Positions 1 to 8,099 of a DNA stretch of 64,000 nt are shown in pieces (position 1 is the stretch's first letter; each line of letters starts with the position of its first letter). The stretch covers positions 265,323 to 329,322 of the forward strand of contig DATIID010000001.1 of the NCBI GenBank assembly GCA_035480035.1, in the 5' to 3' direction. A program made the translations under genes and the position numbers. Below the pieces are notes generated by a model that worked only from the letters and a program-made list of their open reading frames with translations, made no database searches and had not been told where the DNA came from. Origin of the DNA: Candidatus Saccharimonadales bacterium. Lineage in GTDB: Bacteria > Patescibacteriota > Saccharimonadia > Saccharimonadales > OMJO01.

Positions 1-1062
1 AGGAACTTGGATAGGTTGGAATCGTCTCTCCAAGGCAGCATCTTTTTCGATGTGTTTAGTGTATTCAGCGGTTGTTGTCGCGCCAATCATCTGGATTTTT
101 CCACGAGCTAAGGCAGGTTTAAGGATATTTCCGGCATCCATGGCGCCTTCAGCCGCACCAGCACCGACTATCAAGTGAAGCTCATCAATAAAAATAATAG
201 ACTTGTTGTTACCTTCGAGTTCAGCCATGACCTTTTTCAGTCGTTCTTCAAATTCACCTCGATACTTAGTTCCGGCAATCATGCCAGCTAGATCAAGCAT
301 AATTATACGTTTATCTATCAAGCTATCCGGCACATCGTCGTTAACAATCCTCTGAGCTAAACCTTCAACAATAGCCGTTTTACCAACCCCGGGCTCACCA
401 ATTAATACCGGATTATTTTTAGTTCGCCGATTCAAGATTGTAATGACGCGACGGATTTGTGGTTCGCGACCAACCACCGGGTCAAGTTTGCCGTCTTTGG
501 CCATTTGAGTTAAATCAGTACCGAAAAAATCAAGCGCGGTTTTGCGCTGTTTGCCCCTACGCCGTGATGTCCCAATATCGCTGTCACTCTCTTCATATTG
601 TGAGCGATTTAAAAACTGCTCCAACTCATTCATCATCGAGTCAACATTGACGTTCATGTTCAGCAGTAGTTTAGTGGCTTGTGAATTTTTCTGCATTAAA
701 ATGCTGTACAGTATGTGCTCCGTACCACACATATCTTGATTGTATTCCTGAGCTGTTTCATAAGCGTGTCGTAAAGTGTGTTTAGCGGTTTCGCTAAGCC
801 CTTTAGCACCAAGGTTCATAACCAACGTTTTAGGAGTCAAATTTAGGGCCAAACGTGCTCGGTCGAGTGTTACACCGGCGCTTTCCAGAACTTTGGCACC
901 CATACTACTTTCTTGAGCCAGAACACCTAAGAGTAAATGCTCGGTGCCAACGTAGGCGCTGCCAAATTTTTGAGCAATTGCACCAGCGTGCTTTAAACTC
1001 AATTTGGCATTGTCTGTCAAATGATCTAAAAATTCTTGGAAGTCTGCGCTATTTGGAAGCAT
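1..1062 (-). CDS. Clp/Hsp100 AAA+ chaperone ATPase (ClpC/ClpB family), first 354 codons; 3' end runs off the window
   Basis: Not in the ORF track because it is open at the window edge. Own minus-strand translation from ATG 1062-1060 gives [50 protein letters not shown] (Clp_N repeat). Further on come [28 protein letters not shown] (Walker A) and [40 protein letters not shown]...[15 protein letters not shown]. Confidence 0.9.
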   Translation of the reverse strand, partial: MLPNSADFQEFLDHLTDNAKLSLKHAGAIAQKFGSAYVGTEHLLLGVLAQESSMGAKVLESAGVTLDRARLALNLTPKTLVMNLGAKGLSETAKHTLRHAYETAQEYNQDMCGTEHILYSILMQKNSQATKLLLNMNVNVDSMMNELEQFLNRSQYEESDSDIGTSRRRGKQRKTALDFFGTDLTQMAKDGKLDPVVGREPQIRRVITILNRRTKNNPVLIGEPGVGKTAIVEGLAQRIVNDDVPDSLIDKRIIMLDLAGMIAGTKYRGEFEERLKKVMAELEGNNKSIIFIDELHLIVGAGAAEGAMDAGNILKPALARGKIQMIGATTTAEYTKHIEKDAALERRFQPIQVP

Positions 1063-1107
1063 AAGTTTATTATCCCACTCTTTCTGGCGTTTTAATACGC
1101 TACCTCC

Positions 1108-1137
1108 ATAATAATCCAGCTGGCACTCACAAGTCAA
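1108..1137 (-). promoter_or_regulatory. candidate sigma70-type promoter of the clp gene, embedded in the CIRCE element
   Basis: On the minus strand, -35 TTGACT (fwd 1137-1132) lies inside the CIRCE spacer, followed by an 18-nt spacer and -10 TATTAT (fwd 1113-1108). Confidence 0.5.
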
Positions 1138-1146
1138 GAGTGCTAA
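1120..1146 (-). promoter_or_regulatory. CIRCE-like inverted repeat (putative HrcA operator)
   Basis: Minus strand reads TTAGCACTC-ttgacttgt-GAGTGCCAG, against the CIRCE consensus TTAGCACTC-N9-GAGTGCTAA. The left arm matches 9/9, the spacer is exactly 9 nt, and the right arm matches 7/9. It lies 58 nt upstream of the clp ATG. Confidence 0.7.
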
Positions 1147-1216
1147 TTTAACAAATGCCTCACCTTAGAAGTCATCAATATAGCTCTGATTGATCGATTA
1201 GCTCGATTACCAAGAG

Positions 1217-2374
1217 CTATTTATCCTTTTCGATGCCGTGTTCCTCAATCGCTTCGAGAAGGCTGGATTCGAGTTGTTCCTTTTTCTTAAGTTTTGGTGC
1301 TGGTTTGGTTTCTTCAGCCGGGGCTTCAACTTGGCTCTTCTCAGAAGTAATATCTAAGTCGTAGCCAGTTAACTTACTAGCTAAACGAACATTTTGGCCA
1401 CTTTTGCCAATAGCAATGCTAAGCTGATCTTCAGGTACTACTACCTGGGCTTTCTTATTAGCTTCGTCAATGTTAACGGCTGTGACCTTTGTTGGGCTTA
1501 AAGCATTAATAATGTATTGGGTGGTGTTATCGTCCCAGACGACAATATCAATTTTTTCCTGTTCACCAACTTCACTCATAACCGCATTAACGCGTGTGCC
1601 GTGGCCGCCAACAAAAGTACCAACCGGGTCAACACCTGGGACTGTACTATGAACGGCAATTTTACTACGAACACCGGCTTCGCGGGCAATGTCCTTAATT
1701 TCGACAGCGCCATTCTCCATTTCTGGTACTTCAGCCTTAAACAACCATTCAATGAATTCTTTGCTGCCCCGCGATACCACAAGTTGCGGACCACGAAAAC
1801 CACGTTCTACATCTTTTAAGTAAACTTTGAGCCTTTGACCAGGATAGTAGCGCTCACTTTGAATCTGCTCGCTCATTGGCATAATACCTTGGGCTTTGCC
1901 GAGATCAACCCTAACCAAACGGCCTTCTACACGGGCCACGATGCCATTAATCACCGTACCAATTTTGTCCTCATATTCGGTCATAATGATTTCACGCTCG
2001 GCTTCACGCAGACGTTGTAAGATCACCTGTTTAGCCGTCTGAGCCGCAACTCGACCAAAGTTTTCAATGGCTTCATGGACTTCAAGCATGTCACCGATTT
2101 TGGCGTTCTTTTTCATAACTTGGGCATTAGCTAAACTAATCTCAAAGTGCTCATCACCAACGGTTTCGACCACCTCTTTAGTTACATAAGCGTCAACGTC
2201 GCCACTGTTTAGGTTAATATTAACCCTAACTTCTTGCTCGCGGTCGCCATAATCACGGCGGTAAGCCGCGGCTAACGCCTGCTCCACCACTTCCTGAACT
2301 GTCTCTTCAGGTAAATTCTTTTCTTCGGCAATGGTTTTGACGGCCAAAGCTAATTGTTTGACATCGAGTTCCAT
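1217..2374 (-). CDS. nusA: transcription termination/antitermination factor NusA
   Basis: 385-aa ORF with the NusA N-terminal domain (MELDVKQLALAVKTIAEEKNLPEETV), an S1 segment (GTVINGIVARVEGRLVRVDLG) and a KH segment (IAIGKSGQNVRLASKLTGYDLDI). SD AAGAGGA lies 5 nt upstream. Confidence 0.95.
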   Translation of the reverse strand: MELDVKQLALAVKTIAEEKNLPEETVQEVVEQALAAAYRRDYGDREQEVRVNINLNSGDVDAYVTKEVVETVGDEHFEISLANAQVMKKNAKIGDMLEVHEAIENFGRVAAQTAKQVILQRLREAEREIIMTEYEDKIGTVINGIVARVEGRLVRVDLGKAQGIMPMSEQIQSERYYPGQRLKVYLKDVERGFRGPQLVVSRGSKEFIEWLFKAEVPEMENGAVEIKDIAREAGVRSKIAVHSTVPGVDPVGTFVGGHGTRVNAVMSEVGEQEKIDIVVWDDNTTQYIINALSPTKVTAVNIDEANKKAQVVVPEDQLSIAIGKSGQNVRLASKLTGYDLDITSEKSQVEAPAEETKPAPKLKKKEQLESSLLEAIEEHGIEKDK

Positions 2375-2392
2375 GGGTTTCCTCTTTTCTAG

Positions 2393-2418
2393 TAAAAAAT
2401 CCGACCTGCTGGCCGGAT
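2393..2418 (-). terminator. intrinsic-terminator-like stem-loop plus U-run inside the nusA 5' leader (possible attenuator)
   Basis: Minus-strand RNA is AUCCGGCC-AGCA-GGUCGGAU, an 8-bp stem with one G.U pair, followed by UUUUU. It sits between the predicted promoter and the nusA SD. Confidence 0.5.
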
Positions 2419-2429
2419 CAATACCATTA

Positions 2430-2458
2430 ATATTAGCGCTTTAATCCTGAAATGTCAA
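2430..2458 (-). promoter_or_regulatory. near-consensus sigma70-type promoter for nusA
   Basis: On the minus strand: TTGACA (fwd 2458-2453), 17-nt spacer, TAATAT (fwd 2435-2430). Confidence 0.65.
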
Positions 2459-2486
2459 ACCACACCTTCGTGATAGAATGATTGAC

Positions 2487-5096
2487 ATGGCAAAGGGCGT
2501 CCCCCGGTTAATTAAACAATTTAAGCCAAACCATTACATTTTGGATTTGACTCTCGATAAAGCCAATCAAAAGTTTAGTGGCAGTGTAATTATTGCTGGG
2601 CATAAAGTTGGACGACCATCCAACCGTCTGACTTTTCATCAAAGCCATTTAAAAATTACGGCCTGTCAGATAACACATCACGACAAATCGGGTGATCAAA
2701 TCATCAAGATTGATAGAATTAATCATCATAAAAAATTTGATGAAGTACGACTACACTCTAATAAACCCTTCTACGGTGGCCAATACATAATTCGACTTGA
2801 TTTTATTGGCAAAATTACTCGCTCCATGAACGGGCTTTATCCATGCTTTTACGAAGACGACGGCACCAAAAAAGAATTGCTTGGCACCCAGTTTGAAAGC
2901 CACCATGCCCGCGAAGTTTTCCCATGTATTGATGAGCCCGAGGCGAAATCGACATTTGATTTAACCTTAAATAGCCCAGCTGACGAACTGGCGATTTCTA
3001 ATATGCCGATCAAAAATCAACAAACCACTCAAAGTGGTTTAATAACCGAGTTTGAGCAGACCCCGCACATGTCAACTTATTTATTAGCCTTTGTTGTTGG
3101 CGAACTTAGTTACAAAGAAGCTAAGACTAAGCAAGGCGTGGTGGTGCGAACTTATGCCACCAAACATAACATCGAATTTACCGAGTTTGCACTCGAGATC
3201 GCGGTCAAAATGTTGGACTTTTATAACGACTATTTTGGGATTAACTACCCATTGCCAAAGTGTGATTTAGCCGCTTTGCCTGATTTCGCGGCCGGCGCTA
3301 TGGAAAATTGGGGGCTTATAACCTTTCGCGAACATGCTCTATTGGTTGATCCGGCCAATACCAGCGTCGGCAGTAAACAATACGTCGCCATGGTGGTGGC
3401 TCACGAACTAGCTCATCAGTGGTTTGGCAACTTAGTGACTATGCGGTGGTGGACCGATTTATGGCTTAATGAAGGATTCGCAAGTTGGATTGAGTACTTG
3501 GCGGTTGACCATCTTTTCCCGGAGTGGCAGATGTGGACTCAGTTTATGGTCGAAGAGCAACAACCTGCTCTTAAAATGGATGCTCTTGAACACACCCATC
3601 CAATTGTTATGGATATCAATGACCCAAACGAAATCCGCTCAATTTTTGATGCAATTAGCTATAACAAGGGTAGTAGTGTTATCCAAATGCTACATGAATA
3701 CTTGGGCAAAGACGTATTTCGTGACGGCCTAAGACATTATCTACAAACCCACAAGTATAACAATACTAATACAATTGATTTGTGGTCAGCTTTGGAAACC
3801 ATTTCCGGTAAGCCAGTTAAGCAATTTATGAATAGCTGGACGGATCGAGCCGGTTATCCAATTATTAAAGCCAACATCAGTGAGCAGACCATCACATTAA
3901 GCCAAGAACGGTTTTATTCCAACCCCACTCACAGCGACGAAGCATCGGAAACCTGGCCAATCCCATTATTATCCGGGCATAGTCAAGTGCCAGAACAATT
4001 AGATAAAACCCATTTTGACTTTGAAATAAAAGACAGCGGCAATCTTAAATTTAATCAAGGTAGTAGTGGTTTTTATCGAGTCGTATATAACGCCACACAC
4101 CTTAATCGGCTTGGCGAGCTAATCCATCGGGGTAAGATTGGGCCAGTTGATCGATTGGGTATTTTAAGCGATAGTTTTGAAGCCGCCAAGGCCGGCTACA
4201 TTGCGACCATTGATGCCTTAGCACTATTAGAAAAGTTTGAGCATGAGGATAATTCGGCGGTTTGGGAAGTGATGGCCGCCAATCTTGGTGGCATCCGTAT
4301 GGTCATGGACAATGATAAGCTTCGTGAAGCAATGAAGCCCTACACCCGCCAACTTGTCGAAACCCAATTGAGCCGGTTGGGCTGGCAAACTAAATCTGAT
4401 GAGTCACATTTTGATCGTCTACTGCGTCCAACTATCCTTGGTTTGGCTTCTGTCAGTGATGAAACTAAAGTGGTCGAACGGGCTTTGAAATTATTTAAGA
4501 CCATGCATCAGCCAGAAGATATTTCGGCCGACCTGCGCCAAACCCCAAGCCGAAGTCAATTTAGAAGCGGTACTATTGATCCAGATCTTCGCGGCGTGGT
4601 CTATGGTACGGTTGCTAGAATTGGTGATAAAACTGATTTTAATAAGTTACTCGATATGCATAATGCTACCCAATCAGCAGAAGAACGTTTAAACCTAACG
4701 GCCGCCTTAACCGGCTTTAAACAACCAGCACTAATTAAGCAGGCCCTGGATTTAATAAAAACCGACACTGTTCGTTTGCAAGATATTACTTATTGGGTAG
4801 CCTATAGCTTCATGAATCGACATGCTAAATTATCAACCTGGGATTGGATGGTCGAAAATTGGGATTGGTTAAAACAAAATATGGGCTCTGATATGTCATT
4901 TTACCGCTTTCCAATTTATTCAGCACGATCGTTCAGCGACCTGACTTTCCTTAAAACTTATAAACAGTTTTTTGCTAAACATAACCAACCAGGTATGGAT
5001 CGTTCAATTAATCAAGGTATTGAGATCATTGAATGGCAGGCAGCTTGGAAAGAGCGCGATCTTAAGCTGATTAAAGCTTACTTCAAGGTTAAATAA
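2487..5096 (+). CDS. pepN: M1-family aminopeptidase N
   Basis: GAMENWG motif and the HELAHQWFGNLVTMRWWTDLWLNEGFA zinc site (HEXXH-18-E). The track ORF starts at 2478, but an extended -10 (TGaTAGAAT, 2471-2479) overlaps that ATG. ATG 2487 (MAKGV...) is therefore preferred; the start is uncertain by 9 nt. Confidence 0.93.
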   Translation: MAKGVPRLIKQFKPNHYILDLTLDKANQKFSGSVIIAGHKVGRPSNRLTFHQSHLKITACQITHHDKSGDQIIKIDRINHHKKFDEVRLHSNKPFYGGQYIIRLDFIGKITRSMNGLYPCFYEDDGTKKELLGTQFESHHAREVFPCIDEPEAKSTFDLTLNSPADELAISNMPIKNQQTTQSGLITEFEQTPHMSTYLLAFVVGELSYKEAKTKQGVVVRTYATKHNIEFTEFALEIAVKMLDFYNDYFGINYPLPKCDLAALPDFAAGAMENWGLITFREHALLVDPANTSVGSKQYVAMVVAHELAHQWFGNLVTMRWWTDLWLNEGFASWIEYLAVDHLFPEWQMWTQFMVEEQQPALKMDALEHTHPIVMDINDPNEIRSIFDAISYNKGSSVIQMLHEYLGKDVFRDGLRHYLQTHKYNNTNTIDLWSALETISGKPVKQFMNSWTDRAGYPIIKANISEQTITLSQERFYSNPTHSDEASETWPIPLLSGHSQVPEQLDKTHFDFEIKDSGNLKFNQGSSGFYRVVYNATHLNRLGELIHRGKIGPVDRLGILSDSFEAAKAGYIATIDALALLEKFEHEDNSAVWEVMAANLGGIRMVMDNDKLREAMKPYTRQLVETQLSRLGWQTKSDESHFDRLLRPTILGLASVSDETKVVERALKLFKTMHQPEDISADLRQTPSRSQFRSGTIDPDLRGVVYGTVARIGDKTDFNKLLDMHNATQSAEERLNLTAALTGFKQPALIKQALDLIKTDTVRLQDITYWVAYSFMNRHAKLSTWDWMVENWDWLKQNMGSDMSFYRFPIYSARSFSDLTFLKTYKQFFAKHNQPGMDRSINQGIEIIEWQAAWKERDLKLIKAYFKVK

Positions 5097-5430
5097 CCTC
5101 GATGAAGTTAATTGAATCAAAGTCCTGGCCACTAATTTCAATAGCCGATAGCACGTATTCGCCAGCCCAGTGGTGATGATTAACCCATAGTTCAGCCGAG
5201 TAGTTCATTTTGGCTTGCTTTTTAGTAGTTATGTAATCGAGGCCAAGGCCCTGACGATTGCCAGAGCGATATTTGACTTCAATGAAATGTATGGTCTGGT
5301 TTTTCTGAGCAATAATATCAATCTCACAATAGCGAGTTTTCCAATTTAGATCCAAGATCTGATAGCCAAGTTTTTTGAGATAGTCTGCCGCATATTTTTC
5401 GGCGTTGTGGCCGGCTGTATAATTAGTCAT
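5089..5430 (-). CDS. YraN-family (UPF0102) endonuclease-like protein
   Basis: 113 aa; GHNAEKYAADYLKKLGYQILDLNWKTRYCEIDIIAQKNQTIHFIEVKYRS matches the YraN pattern G..E..A..L...G......N......EID.I.......FVEVK.R. Confidence 0.8.
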   Translation of the reverse strand: MTNYTAGHNAEKYAADYLKKLGYQILDLNWKTRYCEIDIIAQKNQTIHFIEVKYRSGNRQGLGLDYITTKKQAKMNYSAELWVNHHHWAGEYVLSAIEISGQDFDSINFIEVI

Positions 5431-5992
5431 AGGTCAGGGCTTTTATCGGTTTATAGCTCAGCCGGTGGATAACACACGGTCCGAATTGCTTCAGTCGTTC
5501 CAAGTGTAGCTGCGTGCCATAGCCAACGTGTTGATCAAAGCCGTAATTCGGAAAAAGTTTGGCTTGATCATACATATGTTGATCGCGTAAAACTTTGGCG
5601 TAAATGCTGGCAGCACTGACAATCGGATGAAAGACGTCTGCATCAACAACCGCCTCAACATTTATATATTCACGTGGACAATAATTAATATGGCCATCAA
5701 TAATAATCTTTGAGTCAGGCTGAGCTTGGAGTTTGGCCAAAGCCCGTTTAACGCCTAATCTCATCGCCAGAGTGAGGCCTCTTTCATCAACCTCCGTCGA
5801 ACTAACCCAACCTTCACCGATTTGACAAGTCGTCTTGATTTGATCAAATAACCTCGTCCGCTGATTTCGACTGAGTAATTTAGAATCTTTTAAACCAACG
5901 GGTAGATTCAATCTAGCTTGGGCGGCTACAATTAACAGTGGACCAGCCCAACTACCACGTCCTACCTCATCAATACCAATGACCCTAATCAT
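5423..5992 (-). CDS. rnhB: ribonuclease HII
   Basis: 189 aa; N-terminal IGIDEVGRGSWAGPLLIVAA catalytic motif. There is an 8-nt overlap with the downstream yraN-like gene. Confidence 0.9.
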   Translation of the reverse strand: MIRVIGIDEVGRGSWAGPLLIVAAQARLNLPVGLKDSKLLSRNQRTRLFDQIKTTCQIGEGWVSSTEVDERGLTLAMRLGVKRALAKLQAQPDSKIIIDGHINYCPREYINVEAVVDADVFHPIVSAASIYAKVLRDQHMYDQAKLFPNYGFDQHVGYGTQLHLERLKQFGPCVIHRLSYKPIKALTYD

Positions 5993-6024
5993 CTAAGATC
6001 ATCTTATCAGAAATTAATAATTAA

Positions 6025-6564
6025 CTATTCTTCTTCAGCTGCATCTTTAGTAGTATCGCGGGCTTTAAGCGCCGCTTCAACTTTAGCATCAGCTTTGGCT
6101 TGGGTTTCGGCTTCTTTGGCGGCCTTAGCTTCGGCTTCTTTGGCGACTTGTTCATGCAGTTTTTCTTCTTCAGCTTCAGCATGTTCATCATGAATTTCAT
6201 TAACAGCCGCTACATCAAAACCAATGCCGGTTAAACGTGCAGATTTGCCGGTCAGTTTACGCATGTAGGTCAAATAGTTACGACGAACCTTACTGCGCTT
6301 GGTAACTTCAACCTTCAGAATCAGTGGGCTATGGAGTAAAAAGCTTTTCTCAACTCCGACACCGCTAGCTACCCGTCGAACGGTAATCCGACTCGAGGGG
6401 CTATTCTTTTTATCGGTTCGAATAACTAAACCTTGAAAAATCTGAACCCGCTCTTTGTTGCCTTCACGGATCTTTTGGTGGACTTTAACCACATCGCCAG
6501 AGCGCACATCAACCACTTGGCGTTTCTTATACTTTTCTTCAATTTGTTGAATTACCGAAGGCAT
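6025..6564 (-). CDS. rplS: 50S ribosomal protein L19 with a long Ala/Glu/Lys-rich C-terminal extension
   Basis: L19 core (VVDVRSGDVVKVHQKIREGNKERVQIFQGLVIRTDKK...RRVASGVGVEKSFLLHSPLI...VRRNYLTYMR) followed by about 65 extra low-complexity residues. Confidence 0.93.
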   Translation of the reverse strand: MPSVIQQIEEKYKKRQVVDVRSGDVVKVHQKIREGNKERVQIFQGLVIRTDKKNSPSSRITVRRVASGVGVEKSFLLHSPLILKVEVTKRSKVRRNYLTYMRKLTGKSARLTGIGFDVAAVNEIHDEHAEAEEEKLHEQVAKEAEAKAAKEAETQAKADAKVEAALKARDTTKDAAEEE

Positions 6565-6665
6565 AACCGATAAACTCTACCTGATTTAATTTCTTTCGTC
6601 AATTATACCATATCTGTTGTAAGAATGAAACACTCTGTAGCGGTCAAACCATTTACAATAAAACT

Positions 6666-7799
6666 ATGCAAGATTTTGCTAGTAAGGCCTTAACCGACCA
6701 TCAAAAGTTACGTGGCAAGTTAGCAATTAAGTTAAAAGACAATCTCGATACCCAAGACAAATTGAGTACTTATTACACGCCCGGTGTGGCCGCCGTGTCG
6801 AGTTATGTCGCCGAACATCCGCTCGAAGCCCGAGATTACACATGGATAAATAATAGCGTAGCTGTTGTCAGTGACGGTTCAGCCGTTTTGGGTTTAGGTA
6901 ATATCGGCCCACTTGGTGCCTTACCTGTCATGGAAGGCAAAGCGATGTTATTTAAGCATTTTGCTGACATTGACGCCGTCCCAATTGTGCTTAATGTTCA
7001 TACTGCTAATGAAATCGTAGCTACCGTTAAAGCGATCGCGCCTGGCTTTGGCGGGATTAATCTAGAAGACATTGCTGCGCCACTCTGTTTTGAAGTTGAA
7101 GACCGACTTAAGGCCGAGCTAGATATCCCAGTTATGCACGACGACCAACACGGTACGGCTGTCGTAGTGCTCGCCGGTCTAATAAATGCTGCTAAAGTCA
7201 CAAAGCGTAAATTAAGTAATGCTCGAGTGGTAATTGTTGGCTCCGGGGCCGCCGGTACAGCTGTAACTAAACTACTCTATCAATATGCCCAACCTAAAAT
7301 TATTGCTGTTGATTCGCGGGGCATTATAAATCATGAGCGTAAAGACTTGAACGAAGATAAGACCAGGCTGCTTGATTATTTATATGATGCTAAAACCGGC
7401 TCTCTTGAGGATGCCATGACTGGTGCCGACATTTTTATTGGTGTATCCAGGGCTAATTTAGTCACTGGCGCCATGGTTGAGTCCATGGCTAAAAAGCCGG
7501 TCATTTTTGCGATGGCCAATCCAATACCAGAAATCATGCCAGATGCCGCCAAAATAGCCGGCGCGGCTATAGTCGCGACTGGTCGAAGCGATTTTCCAAA
7601 TCAAGTTAATAATTCCTTGGCGTTTCCGGGCATTTTTCGTGGAGCGCTCGATAACCATATCACTCACATTACCGACGAGCACAAAATTGCCGCCGCTGAA
7701 GCTATTGCTGGACTCGTTAGACAGCCGACAGCCGACAAGATTATTCCAAGTGTGCTCGAAAAGCGCCTGGTCCCGACTGTCGCTAAAGTAATTACTTAA
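6666..7799 (+). CDS. NAD(P)-dependent malic enzyme (short form, no PTA-like domain)
   Basis: 377 aa; motifs [64 protein letters not shown] and VGSGAAGTA. Confidence 0.9.
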   Translation: MQDFASKALTDHQKLRGKLAIKLKDNLDTQDKLSTYYTPGVAAVSSYVAEHPLEARDYTWINNSVAVVSDGSAVLGLGNIGPLGALPVMEGKAMLFKHFADIDAVPIVLNVHTANEIVATVKAIAPGFGGINLEDIAAPLCFEVEDRLKAELDIPVMHDDQHGTAVVVLAGLINAAKVTKRKLSNARVVIVGSGAAGTAVTKLLYQYAQPKIIAVDSRGIINHERKDLNEDKTRLLDYLYDAKTGSLEDAMTGADIFIGVSRANLVTGAMVESMAKKPVIFAMANPIPEIMPDAAKIAGAAIVATGRSDFPNQVNNSLAFPGIFRGALDNHITHITDEHKIAAAEAIAGLVRQPTADKIIPSVLEKRLVPTVAKVIT

Positions 7800-8062
7800 G
7801 CAATATTTTTATTGCTGGAGTTTAGTAAATCGTTTCTTTCTTTTTCTGTTAGGCCGGCCCATATGCCAAACCCGTCCGATGCCTCAAAGCATTGACGCGC
7901 AACAATACAGCCAGCGCAGATCCGTTTAGCTTTGGCTTCGCGGGCGACCTTGTCGTCATGCAGTTCAGTCCGACCATTTTCCGGACCATAAAATACTTCA
8001 GTTAGTTCTTGATTAAAACACGAACCATCTTTTATCCAGCTCCTGTCAGTTGTCGGTCTCAT
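7796..8062 (-). CDS. WhiB-like (Wbl) Fe-S transcriptional regulator
   Basis: 88 aa with four Cys in Wbl spacing (C15; C49-x2-C52-x5-C58 in RICAGCIVARQC), followed by the GIWAGLTEKER turn motif. Confidence 0.8.
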   Translation of the reverse strand: MRPTTDRSWIKDGSCFNQELTEVFYGPENGRTELHDDKVAREAKAKRICAGCIVARQCFEASDGFGIWAGLTEKERNDLLNSSNKNIA

Positions 8063-8099
8063 AGCGTACCTTAAATATATAACTTCTGCTCAGATTTCA

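Noticed and set aside
1470-2020. Several 60-100-aa ORFs within or antisense to nusA: 1470-1652, 1517-1819, 1576-1803 and 1835-2020. Similar shadow ORFs occur elsewhere: 3469-3732, 6998-7201, 8836-9081, 10938-11279, 15064-15267, 26058-26399, 27852-28262, 38974-39324, 41371-41649, 42085-42372, 54100-54429, 62043-62369 and 63246-63818.
   Set aside because: All lie inside, and out of frame with or antisense to, long ORFs that have clear family motifs. Their translations are low-complexity or compositionally odd. They are best explained as shadow ORFs.
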